Shown: positions 8,511-17,650, counted from the first letter of the stretch. The stretch: DNA of 43,848 nucleotides from Winogradskyella sp. (GCA_020435515.1 JAGQZO010000021.1:1-43848), one strand, 5' to 3'. Numbers and translations: made by a program. The notes: generated from the sequence alone by a model not told the origin.

Positions 8511-9441
8511 CTTCGTCATTAAATTTAGAAAATTTATTGTTTCCGCCTGAAGCAGTATTGAAATTACTTTCAAAATCGTCTTCTACGTTCTCATCTTGAA
8601 ACTTATAGCTCAACATCTTATAATACAATTTTGCTGCTAAAAAGTCTGAAGATTTTTCATTTTTATCTGGGCAAAGCTCTACAATATCAAAGCCAACGAC
8701 ATTCTTTTCTTCAAAAACCTGTTTTAAAAACTCAAGTGTTTCATACCAGAATAAGCCACCTGGTTCTGGTGTGCCTGTACTAGGCATTATAGATGGATCT
8801 AAAGCATCTAAATCGAAAGTAATGAATACGTTGTCCGTCATTTGGTCTATTGCAGAATCCATCCAGTTATCATCTACAGCCATCTCATGGGCAAAGTACG
8901 TCTTATCTTCGTCCATAACGGTTTTTTCAATAGCATCCATAGAACGGATACCAACCTGAATTAAATTTGTGGTTTGGCTAGCTTCATACACCGCACAAGC
9001 ATGGTTGCACTTAGAACCTTCGTAACTTTCGCGTAAGTCTGCATGCGCATCAATATGCAATACTGTTAAATCCTCGAACATTTCGTTGAACGCTCTAATG
9101 GTACCAATAGAAATTGAATGTTCACCACCAAAAATAGTAACGAACTTATTCTTTTTAATATACTTTTTGGTTGCTTGGTGCACCGCCTCAACCATTGCTT
9201 CCGGCGACGCATTTTCAGTAACCGGTTCTGCTAAGTGAATACCTTGCAGATATACTTCAGAATCGGTTTCTATATCGTATAATTCCATATTTTCAGATGC
9301 ATGTAAAAACGCTTCTGGGCCTTTATCGGCACCTTTTTGCCATGTACTTGTACCATCGTAAGGTACTGGGATTAAAACAATCTTAGATTGATCTAACTTT
9401 GAATTCTCTGCTGGTATGCCAGCGTAAGTTTTTGTGTTCAT
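8500..9441 (-). CDS. speB: Agmatinase
   Basis: GGEHSIS, DAHADLR, DLDALDPS, TGTPEPGG ureohydrolase motifs; follows arginine decarboxylase. Confidence 0.93.
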   Translation of the reverse strand: MNTKTYAGIPAENSKLDQSKIVLIPVPYDGTSTWQKGADKGPEAFLHASENMELYDIETDSEVYLQGIHLAEPVTENASPEAMVEAVHQATKKYIKKNKFVTIFGGEHSISIGTIRAFNEMFEDLTVLHIDAHADLRESYEGSKCNHACAVYEASQTTNLIQVGIRSMDAIEKTVMDEDKTYFAHEMAVDDNWMDSAIDQMTDNVFITFDLDALDPSIMPSTGTPEPGGLFWYETLEFLKQVFEEKNVVGFDIVELCPDKNEKSSDFLAAKLYYKMLSYKFQDENVEDDFESNFNTASGGNNKFSKFNDEDDF

Positions 9442-9504
9442 TTTTTTAATTCCTGAATGGGAAAATAGTTATTTAATTTTTATTCTTCTTTTATTCTGAA
9501 TGTT

Positions 9505-10896
9505 TTAGTAACCTAAAATATTCAGTAAATCTTCACTTTTTTGTTGTTCAGCAAAAATTTTGGTTGTTAAGTTTCCGTTATCATCTCGCTGAATCAATAT
9601 ATGTTTTGGACTTGGTATTAAACAGTGCTGCAATCCGCCAAAACCTCCAATGGTTTCTTGATATGCTCCTGTATTAAAAAAGCCAATATACAAAGGTTTC
9701 TCTTTATGGTACTTTGGTAAGTAAATAGCATTTACGTGTTGCTCACTATTATAATAATCGTCGCTATCGCAGGTAAGTCCACCTAGTAACACACGCTCAT
9801 AAGTATCTTGCCAACGGTTGATTGGCAACATAATAAAACGTTTGTTTATAGCCCAAGTATCTGGCAAAGTGGTGATAAAAGATGAATTTATCATATTCCA
9901 CTTTTCTCTATCGTTTTGTTGTTTTTGGTACAACACTTCATAAATGGCACCGCCACTTTCACCAACCGTAAAACTCCCAAATTCGGTAAAAATATTTGGC
10001 ACATCTACATCTTCTTGTTCGCAAACGGTTTTTATCTGGTTTACAATTTCGTCTACCATGTAAGCATAATCAAAATCAAAAGCCAAAGAGTTTTTGATAG
10101 GAAAACCTCCACCAATATTTAGGCTATCTAATGAAGGGCAGACTTTCTTTAAAGATGTATAGACTTTAAGACATTTGGCAAGTTCGTTCCAATAGTAAGC
10201 ATTATCCCTTATACCTGTATTGATAAAGAAATGCAACATCTTAAGTTCTACCTTCTTGTTGTTTAGAATTTCATTTTTATAAAATGGCACAATGTTTTTG
10301 TAACCTATACCCAAACGCGAGGTATAAAACTCAAATTTTGGCTCTTCTTCAGAAGCAATTCTTATACCAACTTTAAATTTGCCTTTTATCTCTTTAGAAA
10401 GTAAATCTAACTCCTCATAATTATCTATAATTGGTATACAGTTTTTATGTCCTCCATTAATTAAATCGGCAATGTTATTAATGTACTTTTCGCGTTTAAA
10501 GCCGTTACTAATTACAAAGGTTTTATCTGTAATTTTTCCTTCTTTTTTTAGGCTGTTTACAATATCTATATCAAAAGCCGAAGAGGTTTCTATATGGATA
10601 TTATTCTTTAAGCCTTCATCCAAAACATGCTTAAAATGTGAGCTCTTTGTACAATAACAATAGTTGTACGTTGCTTTATAATCATGTTTGGCAAACGCAT
10701 CTGCAAACCATGTTTTGGCACGTTGAATATTGTTAGAAATTTGTGGCAAATAGGTAAACTTTAAAGGTGCACCATATTGTTCTATCAATTTCATAAGATC
10801 TATGCCATGAAATTGTAGTGCGTTTTCCTCTAGATGAAATTCTTCTTGGGGAAAGTAAAAGGATTGATCGATAAGATCAATATATTTTGTATTCAT
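9505..10896 (-). CDS. speA: Arginine decarboxylase (short alanine-racemase-fold type)
   Basis: YCTKSS PLP lysine, NIGGG, TEFG, TCDSDDYY, TGAYQE; adjacent to speB. Confidence 0.88.
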   Translation of the reverse strand: MNTKYIDLIDQSFYFPQEEFHLEENALQFHGIDLMKLIEQYGAPLKFTYLPQISNNIQRAKTWFADAFAKHDYKATYNYCYCTKSSHFKHVLDEGLKNNIHIETSSAFDIDIVNSLKKEGKITDKTFVISNGFKREKYINNIADLINGGHKNCIPIIDNYEELDLLSKEIKGKFKVGIRIASEEEPKFEFYTSRLGIGYKNIVPFYKNEILNNKKVELKMLHFFINTGIRDNAYYWNELAKCLKVYTSLKKVCPSLDSLNIGGGFPIKNSLAFDFDYAYMVDEIVNQIKTVCEQEDVDVPNIFTEFGSFTVGESGGAIYEVLYQKQQNDREKWNMINSSFITTLPDTWAINKRFIMLPINRWQDTYERVLLGGLTCDSDDYYNSEQHVNAIYLPKYHKEKPLYIGFFNTGAYQETIGGFGGLQHCLIPSPKHILIQRDDNGNLTTKIFAEQQKSEDLLNILGY

Positions 10897-10970
10897 TTTA
10901 TTAGTTCTCGATTATAATTTCAGAAGCATAAATATAAAAAGATATATGTACAGTCAACATTAACTCTTTA

Positions 10971-11138
10971 TCAAATCTGAAATTGATTTTCTGTAGTTGG
11001 CACAAAACCATAAATGTGCTGGCTTGCAGCTATGGGAGAAACGGAAGTTAGCTTTAAATTTCGGACACTTATCTCATAAGCTACTTTTGAATATGACTTC
11101 CTAATTTTCAAAAGTCCGAACGTAAAAACAGTTTTCAA
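10971..11138 (-). CDS. Putative 55-aa leader peptide (uORF) of the speA operon, TTG start
   Basis: 56 codons, no internal stop: MKTVFTFGLLKIRKSYSKVAYEISVRNLKLTSVSPIAASQHIYGFVPTTENQFQI; lies between the predicted promoter and speA; shorter than any ORF in the supplied track. Confidence 0.5.
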   Translation of the reverse strand: MKTVFTFGLLKIRKSYSKVAYEISVRNLKLTSVSPIAASQHIYGFVPTTENQFQI

Positions 11139-11188
11139 TATGTTCAGCTAAATTTAGAACTGCTGTATTGATGTTCTAAATTTCGTGA

Positions 11189-11218
11189 CAAATGTATATT
11201 ATTTTTTTTTACACCAAA
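11189..11218 (-). promoter_or_regulatory. Housekeeping promoter of the speA operon
   Basis: Minus strand TTTG (11218-11215), 18 nt, TACATTTG (11196-11189); implies a leader of about 285 nt. Confidence 0.65.
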
Positions 11219-11392
11219 CATTTTGTGATTTTTTTCGCTACATATTAAGCAGCTTCGTATAATAATGTATCAAAAAAAGTAAAAATTTTATACAAAATAT
11301 ATGACACAGAAAATTAATATTGCTTTGACTATAAAGCTATTGCATAAAATTTTATATTAGCAAAGAAATGACGTAAATACAGACTTATTTAC

Positions 11393-11952
11393 GTGTTAGG
11401 CACAATACAACGAACAACTAATGAATAAAAACTATTCCAAAATACTTTCACAAATAAAATTTATTCGAGAAAATGATCCAGAATTTAAAGTTTTTGGATC
11501 TTATCGATGGAGTTATACTTATAAGCCAGTAACAGATTCGGATATTGATTATGTAGAAAAAAAACATCAAATTGAATTGCCTAATGACTTTAAAGAGTTT
11601 ATACTTCATGTCGGATTTGGTGCAGGTCCTTCTTATGGTGTTAATTTAGACACGTTTCTAGAAGTTGATAAATATGAAATAGAATGTGAAGATGATGAGT
11701 TTAACAAACCTCTCGACAATGGATATATAGTTGTTTCGGAACATGGTTGCGGAATTGAAACAGTTTTAATCATTGATGGTAAACATAAAGGTGAAATTTG
11801 GCAAATTAATGACTTTGGTGTTCAAAAATATGCAGACAACTATTACGAATGGTATACTAAATGGCTTAATGTAATTGTCGAAGTTTTAAATAACGAAGAA
11901 GGTGAAAGAATAACTTTAATCACTTCAAATTTTTAAGTACAGTGCCTAACAC
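11393..11952 (+). mobile_element. Gene-cassette-like unit bounded by inverted GTTRRRY / RYYYAAC cores
   Basis: GTGTTAGGCAC (11393-11403) and GTGCCTAACAC (11942-11952) form a perfect 11-bp inverted pair closely enclosing one ORF. Confidence 0.55.
11421..11936 (+). CDS. SMI1/KNR4 family (immunity-like) protein
   Basis: DIDYVEKKHQIELPNDFKEFI, GAGPSYG, EHGCG, GKHKGEIW, YYEWYTKWL. Confidence 0.85.
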   Translation: MNKNYSKILSQIKFIRENDPEFKVFGSYRWSYTYKPVTDSDIDYVEKKHQIELPNDFKEFILHVGFGAGPSYGVNLDTFLEVDKYEIECEDDEFNKPLDNGYIVVSEHGCGIETVLIIDGKHKGEIWQINDFGVQKYADNYYEWYTKWLNVIVEVLNNEEGERITLITSNF

Positions 11953-12197
11953 CGTGTATAGCTCATTACGGCTGAATTTATAATTCCCACTGAAAAATCT
12001 TTACAGATTTTCACTCAACTGCTAATATCAGAGACGGTTATTATCCACTTTGACTAATCTACATTTATTGAATAAAAAAACAGTTCATCAGCATTATTCA
12101 ACAATTGATAACCTTATATTTTCCATTACTGGTATATAAATGGAATTTTGTCTTCAAGTACTTAAGTACATTCAAACCATTTGAAGCAAATAACATT

Positions 12198-13212
12198 ATG
12201 AAAAAAAAGATACTTAGGGTAGTATTACTGATAGGAACTATAATTTCGTTGTTCTACGTACCTTGGATTTTGGTAAAGGCTTGGATTTTACCACTACCAA
12301 ATACAGTTCAAGAGCAAGTAGATGAAGCCATCGATCATGGATTTGATGGAATGATTGTTTATGTGGATGAGGCTGGAAAACCGCCAGCGTTTTATACAGG
12401 TGGTTGGAAAGACCGAGATAAAAAAATACCTGCAGACCCAAATTCATTGTTCAAAATTGCTAGTATCAGTAAATTATATGTTGCTGTTGCTGTTACCAAA
12501 ATGGCCAAAGAAAAGCACTTGTCTTTAGATAAAACACTTGCTCATTACTTACCAGAACTTGTAGGTAGAATTGAAAATGCAGACAAAATCACTTTGAAAA
12601 TGATGGTTCAGCATCGGTCTGGTATTCCAAATTTTACAGACAATCCTGCTTTTTGGGAAAACGAACAGGAAAATGGCAAGGATGCCCTTGAATTTGCCCT
12701 CGATTTACCAGCTAGTTTTGAACCTGATAAAGGATATGAATATTCTAATACAAACTACTTGTTGCTTCGCAAAATTATGGATAATGTGTTGGGATATAAC
12801 CACCAAGAGTACATAAAGGATAGAATATTAATACCGCTAAAGCTGAATAACACTTTCTTTTCCGTTAACGAGGTTGATTTAGATGATGTAATGAGTGGAT
12901 ATTATGTTGGGTATGATGAAGATTTTAAAGAGAGATGATTACGGAATGTTAGCAACCGCAAAAGATGTTGGCATATTTTTGCGAGCCTTAAACGATGGCT
13001 CTGTATTTGATGAAGGAGAACAGGAAATCTATCCTTACGAATACAACCATGGAGGTTTGGTTATTGGCTATCAGAGCCTTGCAGAATACCACAAAGATAT
13101 AGATGCGGTTGTTGTTCAATTTATTAATACCACTGATTTTAATGGATATGAATGGAACTTATCGGAAATTACAATTAACCGTATTGTAAAAATACTTAAA
13201 AGAAAAAGCTAA
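12198..13212 (+). pseudogene. Serine hydrolase (beta-lactamase/PBP class C-like) split by a frameshift near 12925-12935
   Basis: SISK (SxxK) and YSN in the first frame (ATG 12198 to 12938); ATAKDVGIFLRAL and HGG in the +1 frame to 13212. Confidence 0.8.
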
Positions 13213-13271
13213 AAACAACAACCTATTCTAAACTTCGCAAGATTGGAAAAGCTACTTTATTCTTATTAATC

Positions 13272-13279
13272 TACTTTTG
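13272..13279 (+). promoter_or_regulatory. -7 element TACTTTTG for the AraC gene
   Basis: Exact TAnnTTTG 20 nt upstream of ATG 13300. Confidence 0.5.
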
Positions 13280-13299
13280 GAGATATAAAGCAGTTAAGG

Positions 13300-14160
13300 A
13301 TGGGCAAAAAACAATCCAATAAAGAATTTTACACAGAGAAGCTTAATATTGTCACCGAGTTCATCAATGAAAATTTAGATAGTAAATTAACATTGAATCA
13401 ACTATCAGAATTATCGCATTTTTCACCTTTTCACTTTCATAAAATAATGAAGGCTCTATTAAAAGAACCAATCGGTGAATATATTGTTAGGATTCGTTTA
13501 GAGAAAGCTGCCCAATTAATTCAATATTCTAACGACTCTATAGAGCAAATTGCTTATAGTGTAGGCTACGAAACACCTTCTTCCTTGTCTAAACAGTTCA
13601 AAAACCATTTTGGAATTTCCCCAACCGAATATCGAAATGAAAAAATAGCTACTGCAAAAAAATCTGAAAACATGGATACTAAATTGGATATTAAAAAAGC
13701 AAAAATTGTAACTCTTGAAGAAAAACAAGCTATTTATATAAAACTTCAGGGGAAATACCAAGATCTTAATTATGAAAATACTTGGAAAAAGCTTTGGCTG
13801 GTCGTGAAAAACCAAAAACTATTTACATCGGGAATTGAACATATTGGAATTCCTTATGACGACCCAAATATGACCGATGCTGATAAAATACGCTATGATG
13901 CTTGTCTTGTAATTCATAAAGAAGCTAAGCCAGAAAGTGATGTTGGAATAAAAATGCTGAGAAGAGGGAAGTTTGCAATGTTTCATTATACCGGAAGCTA
14001 TAAAAGACTGCCTGAGGTATATGATTACATTTTTAACGAATGGCTACTTAATACCGAATATGAGTTAAGAGATGAGCCTGTACGCGAAAAATACAGAAAC
14101 AACCCACAACGAACTGAGGAATCCAAATTGAAAACGGAAATCTATTTACCGATTAAATAA
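13300..14160 (+). CDS. AraC family regulator with GyrI-like effector domain
   Basis: FSPFHFHK, IAYSVGYETPSSLSKQFKNHFGISPTEYR; YDDP, RYDAC, KTEIYLPI. Confidence 0.92.
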   Translation: MGKKQSNKEFYTEKLNIVTEFINENLDSKLTLNQLSELSHFSPFHFHKIMKALLKEPIGEYIVRIRLEKAAQLIQYSNDSIEQIAYSVGYETPSSLSKQFKNHFGISPTEYRNEKIATAKKSENMDTKLDIKKAKIVTLEEKQAIYIKLQGKYQDLNYENTWKKLWLVVKNQKLFTSGIEHIGIPYDDPNMTDADKIRYDACLVIHKEAKPESDVGIKMLRRGKFAMFHYTGSYKRLPEVYDYIFNEWLLNTEYELRDEPVREKYRNNPQRTEESKLKTEIYLPIK

Positions 14161-14312
14161 TAACGATAGACAACTACAGCTATAATTTATTGATTCTAAA
14201 AATTCCCTCACTACAATAACCACTTTACTCAACCAAAGGTATTAATAACTCAAGCTTATTTCATATCTTTAACCAAACGCTTTAGCTTAGTGGTAAATAA
14301 AACCTTAATATT

Positions 14313-14729
14313 ATGCAAACACAGACATTAACACAGAGAAAAAAATACAAAACATTTGGTTTTGTAGCGGTTTTAATGATGACCTTATTTACGTTTAACT
14401 CCTCTTTTGGACAAACGGCTGAAGCTACACAAGAACGTACTATTACAGGTGTGGTATCTAACGAAGATGGCCCATTACCAGGTACTAGCGTTACATTAGA
14501 TGGAACCAGAGTTGGTGCTCTAACAGATGATGAAGGTAAATTTACATTCCCTAAGAAATTAAAAACTGGCGATGTATTAGTCTTTAGCTACCTTGGCTAC
14601 GAGACCCAAAAAATATCCATTACAGACAAAACCAACTTCATTACTTTAGAACTTACTCCAGATATGGTAGAAATGATTGGTGCTGTAGATACCAATAAGC
14701 CTTATAAGTCCAAACGCAAAAAGAATTAA
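14313..14729 (+). CDS. Exported CarboxypepD_reg-like domain protein
   Basis: ITGVVSNEDGPLPGTSV...TDDEGKF...LVFSYLGYETQ; signal peptide. Confidence 0.85.
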   Translation: MQTQTLTQRKKYKTFGFVAVLMMTLFTFNSSFGQTAEATQERTITGVVSNEDGPLPGTSVTLDGTRVGALTDDEGKFTFPKKLKTGDVLVFSYLGYETQKISITDKTNFITLELTPDMVEMIGAVDTNKPYKSKRKKN

Positions 14730-14738
14730 TTGTAAGCC

Positions 14739-15758
14739 TTGCAAAAAACGTTTACATTATTACTACTTTTTATAAGTTTAGTTAGTGTTAAAGCTCAAAT
14801 TAAAGATTTTAGCCACCTAAATTTTAAAAAAGCAGATAGTATTGCTCTAGCCTTAAAAGGTGAAAACCTCACAAATCTACCTGAACTTTCCTTTAAACTT
14901 ACCAGCAATTTAAAAACAGATGCTGAAAGGTTTAGAGCTATTTACAAGTGGGTTTGCGGTAATATTGCCAATGACTATTCGCTTTACCTAAAAAACGACA
15001 GACAGAGACAGCGTTTTAAAAATGACAGTCTAAAGCTTGATGCTTGGAATACTAAATTTAGAACCAAACTTTTTAGCAGATTGCTTAAGAAAAAACGAAC
15101 TATCTGTACTGGCTATGCTTACTTGGTAAAAACCTTAGCAGATTTTGCGAATCTTGAGTGTGAAATTGTACAAGGTTTCGGGCGTGTGAGCACTACAAAT
15201 ATTGAAACTTTAGATCTACCTAACCACTCGTGGAATGCTGTAAAACTTAACAATAAATGGTACCTCTGCGACCCTACTTGGGCTAGCGGAATTCCTAATC
15301 CAAAAACAAACCGATTCAATTTTGAGTATAATGATGGTTTCTTTTTGGCAAATCCTAAGCTATTTGCTGTAAATCATTTTCCTATTGAAAAACGTTGGTG
15401 GCTTACTGAAGATGAAGAAATTCCTTCGTTTGATGCATTTTTAAAGGCTCCAGTTCTATATGGCAATGCTTATAGAACTCTTGAGTTGCATGATGCACCT
15501 CAGCAGATGCATCACACAATTAAACCTTTTGAAAAAGTAACCTTTAAATATCAATTAAAAAATAACACTAAAATTGAAAAAGTAAAGCTTGGCTTTGACA
15601 ATGGATTTAGTACTTGGAAAGACCAGCCAACCTCTGTTTCTATCAATGGTAAATCTTTAGAATTTGAACATCAGTTTAACCAAACAGGCTTTTATGATGT
15701 ACATCTGTATTTAGATGATGATTTAATTTCTACGTATACTGTAGAAGTTAGAAAATAA
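14739..15758 (+). CDS. Exported transglutaminase-like protein
   Basis: Cys-His-Asp triad ICTGYA, HSWNAV, LCDPTW; signal peptide; TTG start. Confidence 0.85.
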   Translation: MQKTFTLLLLFISLVSVKAQIKDFSHLNFKKADSIALALKGENLTNLPELSFKLTSNLKTDAERFRAIYKWVCGNIANDYSLYLKNDRQRQRFKNDSLKLDAWNTKFRTKLFSRLLKKKRTICTGYAYLVKTLADFANLECEIVQGFGRVSTTNIETLDLPNHSWNAVKLNNKWYLCDPTWASGIPNPKTNRFNFEYNDGFFLANPKLFAVNHFPIEKRWWLTEDEEIPSFDAFLKAPVLYGNAYRTLELHDAPQQMHHTIKPFEKVTFKYQLKNNTKIEKVKLGFDNGFSTWKDQPTSVSINGKSLEFEHQFNQTGFYDVHLYLDDDLISTYTVEVRK

Positions 15759-16598
15759 TCAGAGCATTTTTAACGTATTGACTTCTTGCTCTGTAAGATG
15801 CTTCCAATGACCACGCGGAATATCTTTCTTGGTTAAATGGCCAATAGCAACACAATCTACTTTTACTAAATCGTACTTAAGAGTTTCAAAAATGGTTCTT
15901 AGGATTGAGTTTCCTGTGTTTTTAATCTTTATGCCAATATTATTTTTTGGTTCACCTTCTATATAGCTTATCTCTTCAACAGTAATTAAATTTCCATCTA
16001 CATTAAAGCCATCCTGAATCTTTTTTAAATCTTCAAACTTTAAGTTTCTATCTAATTCTACCTGAAACAAACGTGCTACACCAGTCTTAGAGTTTGTAAA
16101 CTTCTGTACTATTTTTTCATCATTGGTAAACAACAAAAGACCAAGCGAATTTCTACCCAAACGACCAATTGGCCTAATGTTAGCACTAGTTGCATTGGCA
16201 ACTAAATCCATAACCGTTCTACCATTTCCCTCTGCAATTGTGGTTGCAAAACCTTTAGGTTTATTTAATAACACATAAACCTTTGGTTCTGGTGTAATGC
16301 GTTGGCCATCATAACGAACATCGTCTGTACGCTTTACTTTGTAGCCCATTTCTGTGACCACCTTACCATTAACGGTTACCAACCCTATGGCAATATTTTC
16401 ATCGGCTTCTCTACGCGAACATATACCAGAATTGGCAATGAATTTGTTTAACCGAATTTCATCTGGATTTGATGTTGTATTTGGTTTTGATTTCTTTTTG
16501 AAAGGAGCATTACCTCTGGCAAAACTTTTTGATTTGCTGTTAGCCTGCCCTCTTCCTGAATTTTTTCCTTTCCCTTTGCTATCTTGATGTCTGCTCAT
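15759..16598 (-). CDS. RsuA/RluB-family rRNA pseudouridine synthase-like protein with S4 domain
   Basis: RLNKFIANSGICSRREAD, LLNKPKG, PIGRLGRNSLGLLLFTND (canonical GRLD reads GRLG). Confidence 0.85.
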   Translation of the reverse strand: MSRHQDSKGKGKNSGRGQANSKSKSFARGNAPFKKKSKPNTTSNPDEIRLNKFIANSGICSRREADENIAIGLVTVNGKVVTEMGYKVKRTDDVRYDGQRITPEPKVYVLLNKPKGFATTIAEGNGRTVMDLVANATSANIRPIGRLGRNSLGLLLFTNDEKIVQKFTNSKTGVARLFQVELDRNLKFEDLKKIQDGFNVDGNLITVEEISYIEGEPKNNIGIKIKNTGNSILRTIFETLKYDLVKVDCVAIGHLTKKDIPRGHWKHLTEQEVNTLKML

Positions 16599-16612
16599 AT
16601 TAAAATTTTTGG

Positions 16613-16620
16613 CAAAGGTA
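16613..16620 (-). promoter_or_regulatory. -7 element TACCTTTG for the pseudouridine synthase-like gene
   Basis: Exact TAnnTTTG 14 nt upstream of ATG 16598. Confidence 0.55.
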
Positions 16621-16680
16621 TAACATTAGTTAATACTAACTGGTTTATTTCTTTAGTTGTTTGTAGTTACAATAAAAACA

Positions 16681-17583
16681 TTACAAGCGATTTAAAACCA
16701 CCGATACATCTATTAATAAAATAGAAAAGACACCTGCTACAATGATGAATTTTAAAATATTATGGAGTATCAGATAATGTGTTTTTTTGTTGGATTTCCA
16801 TAGAATTAAGAGAAAAAGTAAAAGCAATACTACACTCAAATAAAAGAAATAATACATATGCCCAATTTTAAAAAACAGAATAAGTGCAATACCTGAAACT
16901 ATCGTCAATAGTGCCAATACGGTAAGCATTACTTTAGAAGTGCGTTCACCATAGATTACAGGTACCGTTTTATAATCCAAAGCCAAGTCTCCTCTAATAT
17001 TCTCTAAATCTTTAGTTAACTCTCGCATAGACACCAATAAGAATAAGAATATAGCATGTGCAAAAATGACCAATTCAAAATTTTTGTAATAAATAAAAAT
17101 GGCAAAGAATGGTGTTACTGTAAGTATTGCAGATACCAAATTACCTGTTATAGGCTGTTTCTTGAATTTATGCGAATACAACCATATCGCAAAAATATAA
17201 AGTGCAAAAAATATAACAGCCCTAAAGGATACATAACTCGCAAAAACGACAGCTAGAAAATTCAACACGAAGTAGAATGACAATTTTGTGTTTTGGCTCA
17301 CCAAACGATCTAGCATGGTTTTTCTTGGTCTATTGATTAAATCTTTTTCAGAGTCATAAAAGTTATTAATGATATAGCCTGCAGCTATGGTTGCAGATGA
17401 TGCCAACACTAGCATCAGCAAGTTAACATCAAACAGTACTTTTTTTAAGGGCTTATCGTGCGCAAAAATGTAAATTGATGCTAAATACTGTGCAATGACT
17501 ACAACCAAAATGTTATAACCACGCACTACCGAAAACAGACTGAAAAATTTTAAGAGAATATGTTTCTGCCGTCTTGTTAGCAT
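16681..17583 (-). CDS. UbiA-family prenyltransferase, DGGGP-synthase-like
   Basis: AAGYIINNFYDSEKDLINRP, YSHKFK, GNLV, RELTKDLENIRGD, TVP; multi-TM. Confidence 0.85.
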   Translation of the reverse strand: MLTRRQKHILLKFFSLFSVVRGYNILVVVIAQYLASIYIFAHDKPLKKVLFDVNLLMLVLASSATIAAGYIINNFYDSEKDLINRPRKTMLDRLVSQNTKLSFYFVLNFLAVVFASYVSFRAVIFFALYIFAIWLYSHKFKKQPITGNLVSAILTVTPFFAIFIYYKNFELVIFAHAIFLFLLVSMRELTKDLENIRGDLALDYKTVPVIYGERTSKVMLTVLALLTIVSGIALILFFKIGHMYYFFYLSVVLLLLFLLILWKSNKKTHYLILHNILKFIIVAGVFSILLIDVSVVLNRL

Positions 17584-17594
17584 ATAGATGAATT

Positions 17595-17630
17595 AAAAAA
17601 ACCTCACAAATTACAAGAATCTGTGAGGTC
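17595..17630 (-). terminator. Intrinsic terminator-like hairpin after mevalonate kinase
   Basis: ACCTCACA (17601-17608) / TGTGAGGT (17622-17629) followed by a T-tract on the minus strand. Confidence 0.6.
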
Positions 17631-17650
17631 TAAATGTAATATTTTTAGTT

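Noticed and set aside
8511-8573. Long apparent gene overlaps from ORF-track starts (also 26109-26216 and 33747-33845) and the extension 36849-36884
   Set aside because: Downstream ATGs give plausible N-termini or signal peptides; the extensions are longest-ORF artefacts
9430-10896. SpeA and SpeB both begin MNTK
   Set aside because: A-rich N-terminal codon bias typical of Bacteroidota initiation regions
14161-14195. Possible second cassette end after the AraC gene (AGACAACTACAGCTATAATTTATTG)
   Set aside because: No complementary core found upstream of the gene; too degenerate to support
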